NCBI GenBank assembly: GCA_964016885.1
Contig: OZ024753.1
Coordinates: forward strand, 23,684,001-23,748,000
Direction: 5' to 3'
Source of the DNA: Eledone cirrhosa
Taxonomy: Eukaryota
Length of the DNA stretch: 64,000 nt
Part shown: piece after piece, positions 1-14,789 of the stretch
Position numbering within the stretch: the first letter of the stretch is position 1
Layout of the letters: each line of letters begins with the position of its first letter
Program-made: the position numbers and the translations under genes
Notes under the pieces: model-generated
What the model saw: only the letters and a program-made list of their open reading frames with translations
What the model was told of the DNA's origin: nothing
Database searches by the model: none

Positions 1-3000
1 TCTTTATATACCCTTCGGTACTCCTCTTTCTATACCCTTCGTTACTCCACTTTCTATACCCTTCATTACTCCTCTTTCTATACCCTTCGTTACTCCTCTT
101 TCTATACCCTTCGTTACTCCTCTTTCTATACCCTTCGTTACTCCTCTTTCTATACTCTCCGTTACTCCTCTTTCTATACTCTTCATTACTCCTCTTTCTA
201 TACTCTTCCTTACCCCTCTCTTCTATACCCTTCGTTACCCCTCTCTTCTATACCCTTCGTTACCCCTCTCTTCTATACCCTTCGATACTCCTCTCTTCTA
301 TACCCTTCGTTACTCCTCTTTCTATACCCTTCGTTACCCCTCTTTCTATATCCTTCGTTACTCTTCTTTTTATACTGTTCGTTACCCCTCTTTCTATACC
401 CTTCGCTACACCTCATTCTATAACCTTCGTTACCCCTCTTTCTATATCCTTCATTACTCTTCTTTCTATACACTTCGTTACTCCTCTTTCTATACCCTTC
501 GTTGCTCCTCTTTCTATACCCTTCGTTACTCCTCTTTCTATACCCTTCGTTACCCCTCTTTCTATACCCTTCGTTACTCTTCTTTTTTATACTGTTCGTT
601 ACCCCTCTTTCTATACCCTTCGCTACCCCTCTTTCTATACACTTCGTTACCCCTCTTTCTATACCCTTCGTTACCCCTCTTTCTATACTCTTCGTTACTC
701 CTCATTCTATACCCTTCCTTACTCCTCTTTCTATACCCTTCGATACTCCCCTTTCTATACCCATCGTTACTCCTCTTTCTATACCCTTCGTTACTCCTCT
801 TTCTATACCCTTCGTTACTCCTCTTTCTATACCCTTCGTTACTCCTCTTTCTATACCCTTCACTACTCTTCTTTCTATACTGTTCGTTACCCCTCTTTCT
901 ATACACTTCGTTACTCCTCTTTCTATACCCTTCGTTACTCCTCTTTCTATACCCTTCGTTACTCCTCTTTCTATACCCTTCGTTACTCCTCTTTCTATAT
1001 CCTTCATTACTCTTCTTTCTATACTGTTCGTTATCCCTCTTTCTATACCCTTCGATACCCCTCTTTCTATAACCCTTCGTTACTCCTCTTTCTATACCCT
1101 TCGTTACTCCTCATTCTATACTCTTCGTTACTCCTCTTTCTATATACTTCGTTACTCCTCTTTCTATACCCTTCGTCACCCCTCTTTCTATACCCTTCGT
1201 TACTCCTCTTTCTATACTCTTCGTTATTCCTCTTTCTATATACTTTGTTACTCCTCTTTCTATACCCTTCGTCACCCCTCTTTCTATACCCTTCGTTACT
1301 CCTCTTTCTATACCCTTCGTCACCCCTCTTTCTATACCCTTCGTTACTCCTCTTTCTATACTCTTCGTTACTCCTCTTTCTATACCCTTCGTTACTCCTC
1401 TTTGTATACTCTTCGGTACTCCTCTTTCTATACTCTTCATTACTCCTCTTTCTATACCCTTCGTTACTCCTCTTTCTATACTCTTCATTACTCCTCTTTC
1501 TATATCCTTCGTTACTCCTCTTTCTATACCCTTCGTTACCCCTCTTTCTATACCCTTCGTTACCCCTCTTTCTATACCCTTCATTACTCCTCTTTCTATA
1601 CCCTTCGTTACCTCTCTTTCTATACCCTTCGTTACTCCTCTTTCTATACTCTTCGTTACTCCTCTTTCTATACCCTTCGTTACTCCTCTTTCTATACTCT
1701 TCTTTACTCCTCTTTCTATATACTTCGTTACTCCTCTTTCTATAGCCTTCGTTACCTCTCTTTCTATACCCTTCGTTACTCCTCTTTCTATACTCTTCGT
1801 TACTCCTCTTTCTATACCCTTCGTTACTCCTCTTTGTATACTCTTCGTTACTCCTCTTTCTATACCCTTCGTTACTCCGCTTTCTATACCCTTCGTTACC
1901 CCTCTTTCTATATCCTTCATTACTCTTCTTTCTATACTGTTCGTTATCCCTCTTTCTATACCCTTCGTTACCCCTCTTTCTATAACCCTTCGTTACTCCT
2001 CTTTCTATAACCTTCGTTACTCCTCTTTCTATACCCTTCGTTACTCCTCTTTCTATACTCTTCGTTACTCCTCTTTCTATATACTTCGTTACTCCTCTTT
2101 CTATACCCTTCGTCACCCCTTTTTCTATACCCTTTGTTACTCATCTTTCTATACTCTTCATTATTCCTCTTTCTATATACTTCGTTACTCCTCTTTCTAT
2201 ACCCTTCGTCACACCTCTTTCTATACCCTTCGTTACTCCTGTTTCTATACCCTTCGTCACCCCTCTTTCTATAACCTTCGTTACTCCTCTTTCTATACTC
2301 TTCGTTACTCCTCTTTCTATACCCTTCGTTACTCCTCTTTGTGTACTCTTCGGTACTCCTCTTTCTATACTCTTCATTACTCCTCTTTCTATACCCTTCA
2401 TTACTCCTCTTTCTATACCCTTCGTTACCTCTCTTTATATACCCTTCGTTACTCCTCTTTCTATACTCTTCGTTACTCCTCTTTCTATACCCTTCGTTAC
2501 TCCTCTTTCTATACTCTTCTTTACTCCTCTTTCTATATACTTCGTTACTCCTCTTTCTATACCCTTCGTTACCTCTCTTTCTATACCCTTCGTTACTCCT
2601 CTTTCTATACTCTCCGTTACTCCTCTTTCTATACTCTTCATTACTCCTCTTTCTATACTCTTCCTTACCCCTCTCTTCTATACCCTTCGTTACCCCTCTC
2701 TTCTATACCCTTCGTTACCCCTCTCTTCTATACCCTTCGATACTCCTCTCTTCTATACCCTTCGTTACTCCTCTTTCTATACCCTTCGTTACCCCTCTTT
2801 CTATATCCTTCGTTACGCTTCTTTTTATACCCTTCGTTACCCCTCTTTCTATAACCCTTCGTTACTCCTCTTTCTATAACCTTCGTTACTCCTCTTTCTA
2901 TACCCTTCGTTACTCCTCTTTCTGTACTCTTCGTTACTCCTCTTACTATATACTTCGTTACTCCTCTTTCTATACCCTTCGTCACCCCTCTTTCTATACC

Positions 3001-6000
3001 CTTCGTTACTCCTCTTTCTATACTCTTCGTTATTCCTCTTTCTATATACTTCGTTACTCCTCTTTCTATACCCTTCGTCACCCCTCTTTCTATACCCTTC
3101 GTTACTCCTCTTTCTATACCCTTCGTCACCCCTCTTTCTATACCCTTCGTTACTCCTCTTTCTATACCCTTCGTTACTCCTCTTTCTATACTCTTCGTTA
3201 CTCCTCTTTCTATACCCTTCGTTACTCCTCTTTCTATACTCTTCTTTACTCCTCTTTCTATATACTTCGTTACTCCGCTTTCTATACCCTTCGTTACCCC
3301 TCTTTCTATACCCTTCATTACTCTTCTTTCTATACTGTTCGTTACCCCTCTTTCTATACTCTTCATTACTCCTCTTTCTATACCCTTCGTTACTCCTCTT
3401 TCTATACCCTTCGTTACTCCTCTTTCTATACTCTCCGTTACTCCTCTTTCTATACTCTTCATTACTCCTCTTTCTATACTCTTCCTTACCCCTCTCTTCT
3501 ATACCCTTCGTTACCCCTCTCTTCTATACCCTTCGTTACCCCTCTCTTCTATACCCTTCGTTACCCCTCTCTTCTATACCCTTCGATACTCCTCTCTTCT
3601 ATACCCTTCGTTACTCCTCTTTCTATACCCTTCGTTACCCCTCTTTCTATATCCTTCGTTACGCTTCTTTTTATACCCTTCGTTACCCCTCTTTCTCTAA
3701 CCCTTCGTTACTCCTCTTTCTATAACCTTCGTTACTCCTCTTTCTATACCCTTCGTTACTCCTCTTTCTGTACTCTTCGTTACTCCTCTTTCTATATACT
3801 TCGTTACTCCTCTTTCTATACCCTTCGTCACCCCTCTTTCTATACCCTTCGTTACTCCTCTTCTATACTCTTCGTTATTCCTCTTTCTATATACTTCGTT
3901 ACTCCTCTTTCTATACCCTTCGTCACCCCTCTTTCTATATACTTCGTTACTCCGCTTTCTATACCCTTCGTTACTCCTCTTTCTATACCCTTCGTTACTC
4001 ATCTTTGTATACTCTTCGGTACTCCTCTTTCTATACTCTTCATTACTCCTCTTTCTATACCCTTCGTTACTCCTCTTTCTATACTCTTCATTACTCCTCT
4101 TTCTATATCCTTCGTTACTCCTCTTTCTATACCCTTCGTTACCCCTCTTTCTCTACCCTTCGTTACCCCTCTTTCTATACCCTTCATTACTCCTCTTTCT
4201 ATACCCTTCGTTACCTCTCTTTCTATACCCTTCGTTACTCCTCTTTCTATACTCTTCGTTACTCCTCTTTCTATACCCTTCGTTACTCCTCTTTCTATAC
4301 TCTTCTTTACTCCTCTTTCTATATACTTCGTTACTCCTCTTTCTATACCCTTCGTTACCTCTCTTTCTATACCCTTCGTTACTCCTCTTTCTATACTCTT
4401 CGTTACTCCTCTTTCTATACCCTTCGTTACTCCTCTTTGTATACTCTTCGGTACTCCTCTTTCTATACTCTTCGTTGCTCCTCTTTCTATACCCTTCGTT
4501 ACCTCTCTTTCTATACCCTTCGTTACTCATCTTTCTATAACCTTCGTTACTCCTCTTTCTATACCCTTCGTTACCTCTCTTTCTATACCCTTCGTTACTC
4601 CTCTTTCTATAACCTTCGTTACTCCTCTTTCTATACCCTTTGTTACTCCTCATTCTATACCTTTCGTTACTCCTCTTTCTATACCCTTCATTACTCCTCT
4701 TTCTATACCCTTCGTTACTCCGCTTTCTATACCCTTCGTTACCCCTCTTTCTATACCCTTCATTACTCTTCTTTCTATACTGTTCGTTACCCCTCTTTCT
4801 ATACCCTTCGATACTCTTCTTCTATACCATTCGTTACTCCTCTTTCTATACCATTCGTTACCCCTCTTTCTATACCATTCGTTACCCCTCTTTCTATACC
4901 CTTTATTACTCTTCTTTCTATACTGTTCGTTACCCCTCTTTCTATACCCTTCGATACTCTTCTTCTATACCCTTCGTTACTCCTCTTTCTATACCATTCG
5001 TTACCCCTCTTTCTATACCCTTCGTTACCCCTCTGTCTATACTCTTCTTTCTATACTGTTCGTTATCCCTCTTTCTATACCCTTCGTTACCCCTCTTTCT
5101 ATACCCTTCGTTACTCCTCTTTTTATAATCTTCGTTACTCCTCTTTCTATACCCTTCGTTACTCCTATTTGTATACTCTTCGTTACTCCACTTTCTATAT
5201 ACTTCGTTACTCCTTTTTCTATACCCTTCGTTACCCCTCTTTCTATACCCTTCGTTACTCCTCTTTCTATAACCTTCGTTACTCCTCTTTCTATACCCTT
5301 CGTTACTCCTCTTTCTATACTCATCGTTACTCCTCTTTCTATACCCTTCGTTACTCCGCTTTCTATACCCTTCGTTACCCCTCTTTCTATACCCTTCATT
5401 ACTCTTCTTTCTATACTGTTCGTTACCCCTCTTTCTATACCCTTCGATACTCTTCTTCTATACCCTTCGTTACTCCTCTTTCTATACCATTCGTTACCCC
5501 TCTTTCTATACCCTTCGTTACCCCTCTTTCTATACCCTTCGTTACTCCTCTTTTTATAATCTTCGTTACTCCTCTTTCTATACCCTTCGTTACTCTTCTT
5601 TGTATACTCTTCGGTACTCCTCTTTCTATACTCTTGGTTACTCTTCTTTCTATACCCTTCGTTACCTCTCTTTATATACCCTTCGTTACTCATCTTTCTA
5701 TATCCTTTGTTACCCTTCTTTCTATACCCTTCGTTACTCGTCTTTCTATAACCTTCGTTACCCCTCTTTCTATACCCTTCGTTACTCCTCTTTCTATAAC
5801 CTTCGTTACTCCTCTTTCTATACAATTCGTTACTCATCTTTGTATAACCTTCGTTACTCCTCTTTCTATACCCTTCGTTACCCCTCTTTCTATACCCTTC
5901 GTTACTCCTCTTTCCATACTTCTCGTTACTCCTCTTTCCATACTCTTCGTTACTCCTCTTTCTATACCCTCGTTACCTCTCTTTCTATACTCTTCGGTAC

Positions 6001-9000
6001 TCCTCTTTCCATACTCTTCGTTACTCCTCTTTCTATACCCTCGTTACTCTTCTTTCTATACCCTTCGTTATTACTCTTTCCATACTCTTCGTTACTCCTC
6101 TTTCTATACCCTTCGTTACCTCTCTTTCTATACTCTTCGGTACTCCTCTTTCTATACCCTTCGTTACCACTCTTTCTATACCCTTCGTTACTCCTCTTTC
6201 TATAACCTTCGTTACTCCTCTTTCTATACCCTTCGTTACTCATCTTTGTATAACCTTCGTTACTCCTCTTTCTATACCCTTCGTTACCCCTTTTCTATAC
6301 CCTTCGTTACCCCTCTTTCTATAACCTTCGTTACTCCTCTTTCTATACCCTTCGTTACTCCTCTTTCTATACCCTTCGTTACTCCTCTTTCTATACCCTT
6401 CATTACTCCTCTTTCTATACCCTTCGTTACTCCTCTTTCTATACCCTTTGTTACCCTTCTTTCTATACCCTTCGTTACTCGTCTTTCTATAACCTTCGTT
6501 ACTCCTCTTTCTATACTCTTCGATACTCTTCTTTCTATACACTTCGTTACTCCTCTTTCTATACCTTTCATTACTCCTCCTTCAATACCGTTGGTTACTC
6601 CTCTTTCTATACCCTTCGTTACTCCTCCTTCTATACCCTTCGTTACTCCTCTTTCCATACCCTTCGTTACTCCTCTTTCCATACTCTTCGTTACTCCTCT
6701 TTCCATACTCTTCGTTACTCCTCTTTCTATACCCTCGTTACCTCTCTTTCTATACTCTTCGGTAGTCCTCTTTCCATACTCTTCGTTACTCCTCTTTCTA
6801 TACCCTCGTTACTCTTCTTTCTATACCCTTCGTCACCCCTCTTTCTATATACTTCGTTACTCCGCTTTCTATACCCTTCGTTACTCCTCTTTCTATACCC
6901 TTCGTTACTCATCTTTGTATACTCTTCGGTACTCCTCTTTCTATACTCTTCATTACTCCTCTTTCTATACCCTTCGTTACTCCTCTTTCTATACTCTTCA
7001 TTACTCCTCTTTCTATATCCTTCGTTACTCCTCTTTCTATACCCTTCGTTACCCCTCTTTCTCTACCCTTCGTTACCCCTCTTTCTATACCCTTCATTAC
7101 TCCTCTTTCTATACCCTTCGTTACCTCTCTTTCTATACCCTTCGTTACTCCTCTTTCTATACTCTTCGTTACTCCTCTTTCTATACCCTTCGTTACTCCT
7201 CTTTCTATACTCTTCTTTACTCCTCTTTCTATATACTTCGTTACTCCTCTTTCTATACCCTTCGTTACCTCTCTTTCTATACCCTTCGTTACTCCTCTTT
7301 CTATACTCTTCGTTACTCCTCTTTCTATACCCTTCGTTACTCCTCTTTGTATACTCTTCGGTACTCCTCTTTCTATACTCTTCGTTGCTCCTCTTTCTAT
7401 ACCCTTCGTTACCTCTCTTTCTATACCCTTCGTTACTCATCTTTCTATAACCTTCGTTACTCCTCTTTCTATACCCTTCGTTACCTCTCTTTCTATACCC
7501 TTCGTTACTCCTCTTTCTATAACCTTCGTTACTCCTCTTTCTATACCCTTTGTTACTCCTCATTCTATACCTTTCGTTACTCCTCTTTCTATACCCTTCA
7601 TTACTCCTCTTTCTATACCCTTCGTTACTCCGCTTTCTATACCCTTCGTTACCCCTCTTTCTATACCCTTCATTACTCTTCTTTCTATACTGTTCGTTAC
7701 CCCTCTTTCTATACCCTTCGATACTCTTCTTCTATACCATTCGTTACTCCTCTTTCTATACCATTCGTTACCCCTCTTTCTATACCATTCGTTACCCCTC
7801 TTTCTATACCCTTTATTACTCTTCTTTCTATACTGTTCGTTACCCCTCTTTCTATACCCTTCGATACTCTTCTTCTATACCCTTCGTTACTCCTCTTTCT
7901 ATACCATTCGTTACCCCTCTTTCTATACCCTTCGTTACCCCTCTGTCTATACTCTTCTTTCTATACTGTTCGTTATCCCTCTTTCTATACCCTTCGTTAC
8001 CCCTCTTTCTATACCCTTCGTTACTCCTCTTTTTATAATCTTCGTTACTCCTCTTTCTATACCCTTCGTTACTCCTATTTGTATACTCTTCGTTACTCCA
8101 CTTTCTATATACTTCGTTACTCCTTTTTCTATACCCTTCGTTACCCCTCTTTCTATACCCTTCGTTACTCCTCTTTCTATAACCTTCGTTACTCCTCTTT
8201 CTATACCCTTCGTTACTCCTCTTTCTATACTCATCGTTACTCCTCTTTCTATACCCTTCGTTACTCCGCTTTCTATACCCTTCGTTACCCCTCTTTCTAT
8301 ACCCTTCATTACTCTTCTTTCTATACTGTTCGTTACCCCTCTTTCTATACCCTTCGATACTCTTCTTCTATACCCTTCGTTACTCCTCTTTCTATACCAT
8401 TCGTTACCCCTCTTTCTATACCCTTCGTTACCCCTCTTTCTATACCCTTCGTTACTCCTCTTTTTATAATCTTCGTTACTCCTCTTTCTATACCCTTCGT
8501 TACTCTTCTTTGTATACTCTTCGGTACTCCTCTTTCTATACTCTTGGTTACTCTTCTTTCTATACCCTTCGTTACCTCTCTTTATATACCCTTCGTTACT
8601 CATCTTTCTATATCCTTTGTTACCCTTCTTTCTATACCCTTCGTTACTCGTCTTTCTATAACCTTCGTTACCCCTCTTTCTATACCCTTCGTTACTCCTC
8701 TTTCTATAACCTTCGTTACTCCTCTTTCTATACAATTCGTTACTCATCTTTGTATAACCTTCGTTACTCCTCTTTCTATACCCTTCGTTACCCCTCTTTC
8801 TATACCCTTCGTTACTCCTCTTTCCATACTTCTCGTTACTCCTCTTTCCATACTCTTCGTTACTCCTCTTTCTATACCCTCGTTACCTCTCTTTCTATAC
8901 TCTTCGGTACTCCTCTTTCCATACTCTTCGTTACTCCTCTTTCTATACCCTCGTTACTCTTCTTTCTATACCCTTCGTTATTACTCTTTCCATACTCTTC

Positions 9001-12000
9001 GTTACTCCTCTTTCTATACCCTTCGTTACCTCTCTTTCTATACTCTTCGGTACTCCTCTTTCTATACCCTTCGTTACCACTCTTTCTATACCCTTCGTTA
9101 CTCCTCTTTCTATAACCTTCGTTACTCCTCTTTCTATACCCTTCGTTACTCATCTTTGTATAACCTTCGTTACTCCTCTTTCTATACCCTTCGTTACCCC
9201 TTTTCTATACCCTTCGTTACCCCTCTTTCTATAACCTTCGTTACTCCTCTTTCTATACCCTTCGTTACTCCTCTTTCTATACCCTTCGTTACTCCTCTTT
9301 CTATACCCTTCATTACTCCTCTTTCTATACCCTTCGTTACTCCTCTTTCTATACCCTTTGTTACCCTTCTTTCTATACCCTTCGTTACTCGTCTTTCTAT
9401 AACCTTCGTTACTCCTCTTTCTATACTCTTCGATACTCTTCTTTCTATACACTTCGTTACTCCTCTTTCTATACCTTTCATTACTCCTCTTTCAATACCG
9501 TTGGTTACTCCTCTTTCTATACCCTTCGTTACTCCTCCTTCTATACCCTTCGTTACTCCTCTTTCCATACCCTTCGTTACTCCTCTTTCCATACTCTTCG
9601 TTACTCCTCTTTCCATACTCTTCGTTACTCCTCTTTCTATACCCTCGTTACCTCTCTTTCTATACTCTTCGGTAGTCCTCTTTCCATACTCTTCGTTACT
9701 CCTCTTTCTATACCCTCGTTACTCTTCTTTCTATACCCTTCGTTATTACTCTTTCCATACTCTTCGTTACTCCTCTTTCTATACCCTTCGTTACCTCTCT
9801 TTCTATACTCTTCGGTACTCCTCTTTCTATACCCTTCGTTACCCCTCTTTCTATACCCTTCATTACTCCTCTTTCTATAACCTTCGTTACTCCTCTTTCT
9901 ATACCCTTCGTTACTCATCTTTGTATAACCTTCGTTACTCCTCTTTCTATACCCTTCGTTACCCCTCTTTCTATACCCTTCGTTACTCCTCTTTCTATAA
10001 CCTTCGTTACTCCTCTTTCTATACCCTTCGTTACTCCTCTTTCTATACCCTTCGTTACTCCTCTTTCTATACCCTTCATTACTCCTCTTTCTATACCCTT
10101 CGTTACTCCTCTTTCTATACCCTTTGTTACCCTTCTTTCTATACCCTTCGTTACTCGTCTTTCTATAACCTTCGTTACTCCTCTTTCTATACCCTTCGAT
10201 ACTCTTCTTTCTATACACTTCGTTACTCCTCTTTCTATACCTTTCATTACTCCTCTTTCAATACCGTTGGTTACTCCTCTTTCTATACCCTTCGTTACTC
10301 CTCTTTCTATACCCTTCGTTACTCCTCTTTCCATACCCTTCGTTACTCCTCTTTCCATACTCTTCGTTACTCCTCTTTCCTTACTCTTCGTTACTCCTCT
10401 TTCTATACCCTCGTTACCTCTCTTTCTATACTCTTCGGTACCCCTCTTTCCATACTCTTCGTTACTCCTCTTTCTATACCCTCGTTACTCTTCTTTCTAT
10501 ACCCTTCGTTATTACTCTTTCCATACTCTTCGTTACTCCTCTTTCTATACCCTTCGTTACCTCTCTTTCTATACTCTTCGGTACTCCTCTTTCTATACCC
10601 TTCGTTACTCCTCTTTCTATACTCTTCATTACTCCTCTTTCTATACCCTTCGTTACTCCTCTTTCTATACTCTTCATTACTCCTCTTTCTATACCCTTCG
10701 TTACTCCTCTTTCTATACCCTTCGTTACTCCTCTTTCTATAACCTTCGTTACTCCTCTTTCTATACCCTTCGTTACTCCTCTTTCTATACTCTTCTTTAC
10801 TCCTCTTTCTATATACTTCGTTACTCCTCTTTCTATACCCTTCGTTACCTCTCTTTCTATACCCTTCGTTACTCCTCTTTCTATACTCTTCGTTACTCCT
10901 CTTTCTATACCCTTCGTTACTCCTCTTTGTATACTCTTCGGTACTCCTCTTTCTATAATCTTCGTTACTCCTCTTTCTATACCCTTCGTTACTCATCTTT
11001 CTATAACCTTCGTTACTCCTCTTTCTATACCCTTCGATACTCCTTTTTCTATACCCTTCGTTACTCCTCTTTCTATACCCTTCATTACTCCTCTTTCAAT
11101 ACCGTTGGTTACTCCTCTTTCTATACCCTTCGTTACTCCTCTTTCTATAATCCCTTCATTACTCCTCTTTCAATACCGTTGGTTACTCCTCTTTCTATAA
11201 CCTTCGTTACTCCTCTTTCTATACCCTTCGATACTCCTCTTTCTATACCCTTCGTTACTCCTCTTTCTATACCCTTCATTACTCCTCTTTCAATACCGTT
11301 GTTTACTCCTGTTTCTATACCCTTCGTTACTCCTCTTTCTATACCCTTCGTTACTCCTCTTTCTATACCCTTCGTTACTCCTCTTTCCATACCCTTCGTT
11401 ACACCTCTTTCCATACTCTTCGTTACTCCTCTTTCCATACTCTTCGTTACTCCTCTTTCTATACCCTCGTTACTCCTCTTTCTATACCCTTCGTTATTAC
11501 TCTTTCCATACTCTTCGTTACTCCTCTTTCTATACCCTTCGTTACCTCTCTTTCTTTACTCTTCGCTACTCCTCTTTCTATACCCTTCGTTACTCCTCTT
11601 TCTATACTCTTCATTACTCCTGTTTCTATACCCTTCGTTACTCCTCTTTCTATACTCTTCATTACTCCTCTTTCTATACCCTTCGGTACTCCTCTTTCTA
11701 TACCCTTCGTTACTCCTTTTTCTATACTCTTTAATACTCCTCTTTCTATACGCTTCTTTACTCCTTTTTCTATACTCTTCGTTACTCCTCTTTCTATACT
11801 CTTTAATACTCCTTTTCTATACTCATCGTTACTCCTCTTTCTATACCCTTCGTTACCTCTCTTTCTATACCCTTCGTTACTCCTCTTTCTATAACCTTCG
11901 TTACCCCCTCTTTCTATACCCTTCGTTACTCCTCTTTCTATAACCTTCGTTACTCCTCTTTCTAAACCTTTCTTTACAGGAGTATCGAAGGGTATTGAAA

Positions 12001-12290
12001 GAGGGGTAACGAAGAGTGTAGAAAGAGGCGTAACGAAGAGTATAGAAAGAGGAGTAATGAAGAGTATAGAAAGAGGAGTTATGAAGGGCATAAAAAGAGG
12101 AGTAACGAAGGGTATAGAAAGAGGGGTAACGAAGGGTATAGAAAGAGGAGTACCCCTCTTTCTATACTCCTCATTACTCCTCTTTCTATACTCTTCGTTA
12201 CGCCTCTTTCTACACTCTTCGTTACCCTTCTTTTTATATCCTTCTTTACTCCTCTTTCGTTACCTCTCTTTCTATGCCCTTCGTTACCCT
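1..12290. repeat. 24-bp tandem satellite, consensus TCTTTCTATACCCTTCGTTACTCC (~500 units; runs off the window start)
   Basis: Unit read directly; 8-aa periodicity in the ORF track (TLRYSSFY / IPFVTPLS / KGIERGVT); short inverted block at ~11978-12150. Confidence 0.98.
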
Positions 12291-12697
12291 TGGGATGTTC
12301 CTAAGATTTTCCGATAATTCACGAACGTACACTAGAAATGTACCCATCTACCCACCCGTTTATTCTAACCCTAATCCCCAATTATTTGGGACCCAAGATT
12401 AAGTGTTTCTACCTCATATCCCGTGACAAAAGTAAGATATTATTGAATTGATTTTTTACAAATTCTTTACCTTTGTCATGTCTCTATCTATCAATCTGAT
12501 TCGGAAAGAAATGAAAGCAAAATTATATGAGTAGTTTTGAGACTTTTGTCTGTCTGGAGCAACTTTTCTTCACCTTGTCTATCTGAAATTCCTACCCATT
12601 CGTTGTATTTACCTTTAAGACTGAAAAACCAAAAACCAGTCTACAAGTTCTAAGTGAATGCCAAATCTAAAACAACAACAAAAACAAAACCTTATAA

Positions 12698-12750
12698 AAT
12701 AACTGTTTCTACTTTAGGCACAAGGCCAGCAATTACCCTGTGCATTACTG
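12698..12750 (-). mobile_element. SINE 3' tail fragment
   Basis: Reverse complement of the CAGTAAT..GGGT.ATT.CTGGCCTTGTGCC..AAGTAGAAACA tail seen at 15175-15225 and 20265-20315. Confidence 0.7.
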
Positions 12751-13221
12751 AATAACATGGAACAGTATCACATTAACTTACAAACAGCAATGGTGTTTTT
12801 AATTTTACTTTAATCTCTTAGGAAATGGCGGAATGTCACCTTCTCATGAAGACGATTTGTATGGATCTATTAGAATAAAGACACCTCATAATTTGATTAC
12901 TTCTTCAAATCAAAATCCTTAGTTAAATGAAATTCCGTAAGTGGAGAGCTAAATCTGATGTTTATTTCGGCATATACGGTTACACAATCGCATTAGTTTA
13001 TTAAGATCGAATTTAACAGCGATGTAATATCGTTTTTGTTGCGAATTTCTTACTTAAGCCAGTTTATAGATGTCGTAGTCGCTGATTAAATAAACCACAT
13101 TTTATATGTAGCATTTATCTTATTTATCTACTCTGGCATAATTTGAAAACCGATGCGATAATAAAGTTGACTCTCGTGTGATTTCTATGTTGTATCGGAA
13201 GGCGAAATCCTCTAAGACATT

Positions 13222-13350
13222 TGGTAGGCAGAGTCGTTAGAATGTCGGGTAGAATGTTTTGCAGTATTCGTTTCGGCTTTCTGATCTCTAAAAACAAATC
13301 CCACTCAGGTCAACTTTGCCTTATAAATAAGTCGATAAATAAGTAACTCT
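13222..13350 (+). mobile_element. Degenerate tRNA-derived SINE 5' part
   Basis: GGCAGAGTCGTTAG head, then CAAATCCCACTCAGGTCAACTTTGCC matching the other SINE copies in this window. Confidence 0.65.
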
Positions 13351-14039
13351 TTAGTATTAGCATCGATTCTTCACTTTCTTATTTCATAATCTCTTTCTTA
13401 TTTCTTCTCTCTCACATTGTCTTTCTCTGGAAGAAATCTGCTGTGGTCACACATGGAGAGGAGATGGGCTGCGCCATGTTTAATATGCCCTAGAAACGTC
13501 AACTCCAACTCTCTGCGCCAAACTCCCGAAGTTGCAATTTATTTATTTTAAAATAGTGTAGAGAAATAGGATATAAAGGGTTATATGAAACATACAAATG
13601 AGTAAAATCAATTGTATTTATCCTATAGTTATTTCTTCTATTTCTATATTCAGGAATTTATGGTACAGCTAACAATTATTTGTTAAATTCCTTGTCCTCA
13701 TTAAATGGGCATTTTCTTTACAAAACTATTTCTTCTATTTTCATAATACTTCTAAAATATTTTCTTCTTATTTCGTTCATCTTGGAATTGGTTTCTCTCT
13801 CTTCTTCCATTCTTTAAATAACCCTGATATTGTTGGTGACACATTTTATATCATGTGACACGTTGGCGTCACCTTTTATATCATGTGACTTACAGTCCAG
13901 GCTCTTATAAATTTACTTTTTATTCATCTGGAGTTAATAAGAATGCCTGTCTAGTACTGGGACGAAATTAATCAGCAGTGGTTTGCAGCCATCTATTTAG
14001 GAACATTGTTCTGGCAGATGTTATACCAACACTATAACA

Positions 14040-14172
14040 AAAGAACGAGCCTTAGATAATGGCCAAACGTCCTTTCGCTAATTCCTTCTTCAAATTTCCA
14101 ACACCCTTCTAGCTGTTCCCAGGAAAGCACCTTTCTGTAGCAATCCTGTCCTGATGGCAATTCCTGGTTTTA
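14040..14172 (-). mobile_element. Extreme 3' end of an R4/Dong-like non-LTR retrotransposon
   Basis: Minus-strand translation KPGIAIRTGLLQKGAFLGTARRVLEI*, matching the QK..L.GTA...R..L C-terminus also seen at ~18780-18835. Confidence 0.6.
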
Positions 14173-14329
14173 TCATTATTGTTTATTATTGTTTTTCTTT
14201 CCCTTCCCGTCTGTATTGTTTCTGATATATGCCGAGTGTCATCCTGACCCCTAGGGCAAATATACCCACTGTATACATTGGTAATCAAGTTAACTCACCA
14301 TATTGATTAACATTTACAGCTTTAAAAAA

Positions 14330-14768
14330 ATATATATATATACATATATAAACACACACACATATATTATATACATACATACATACACATACATATTTAT
14401 ACACACATACGCATATATACACATTTATATACACACATATATACACACACACATATATATACACACATATACACACATATATACATACACACACATATAC
14501 ACACATATATACATACACACACACATATATATATAGATACACACATATACATACATATACATACACACACACATATATATACATACACACATGTACACAT
14601 ACATATATACTCACACAAACATAGACATACATACCTATACTCATACACACATTTATATATATACATATATATATATACACATACACAGATAAAAATACCC
14701 ATACACATATATACACCTACAAATACATATGTATAAATAAAAGATATCCATGCACGCACATACATACA
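14330..14768. repeat. (TA/CA)n microsatellite
   Basis: Direct reading. Confidence 0.95.
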
Positions 14769-14789
14769 AGGAGGGATAATATTCTGACG

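Noticed and set aside
502-11943. Very long ORFs (502, 1072, 2245, 558 aa)
   Set aside because: Translations of a stop-free 24-bp satellite; repeat phase shifts within ORFs; no protein features
12366-12378. Telomere-like CTAACCCTAATCCC
   Set aside because: Only about two imperfect units; chance level
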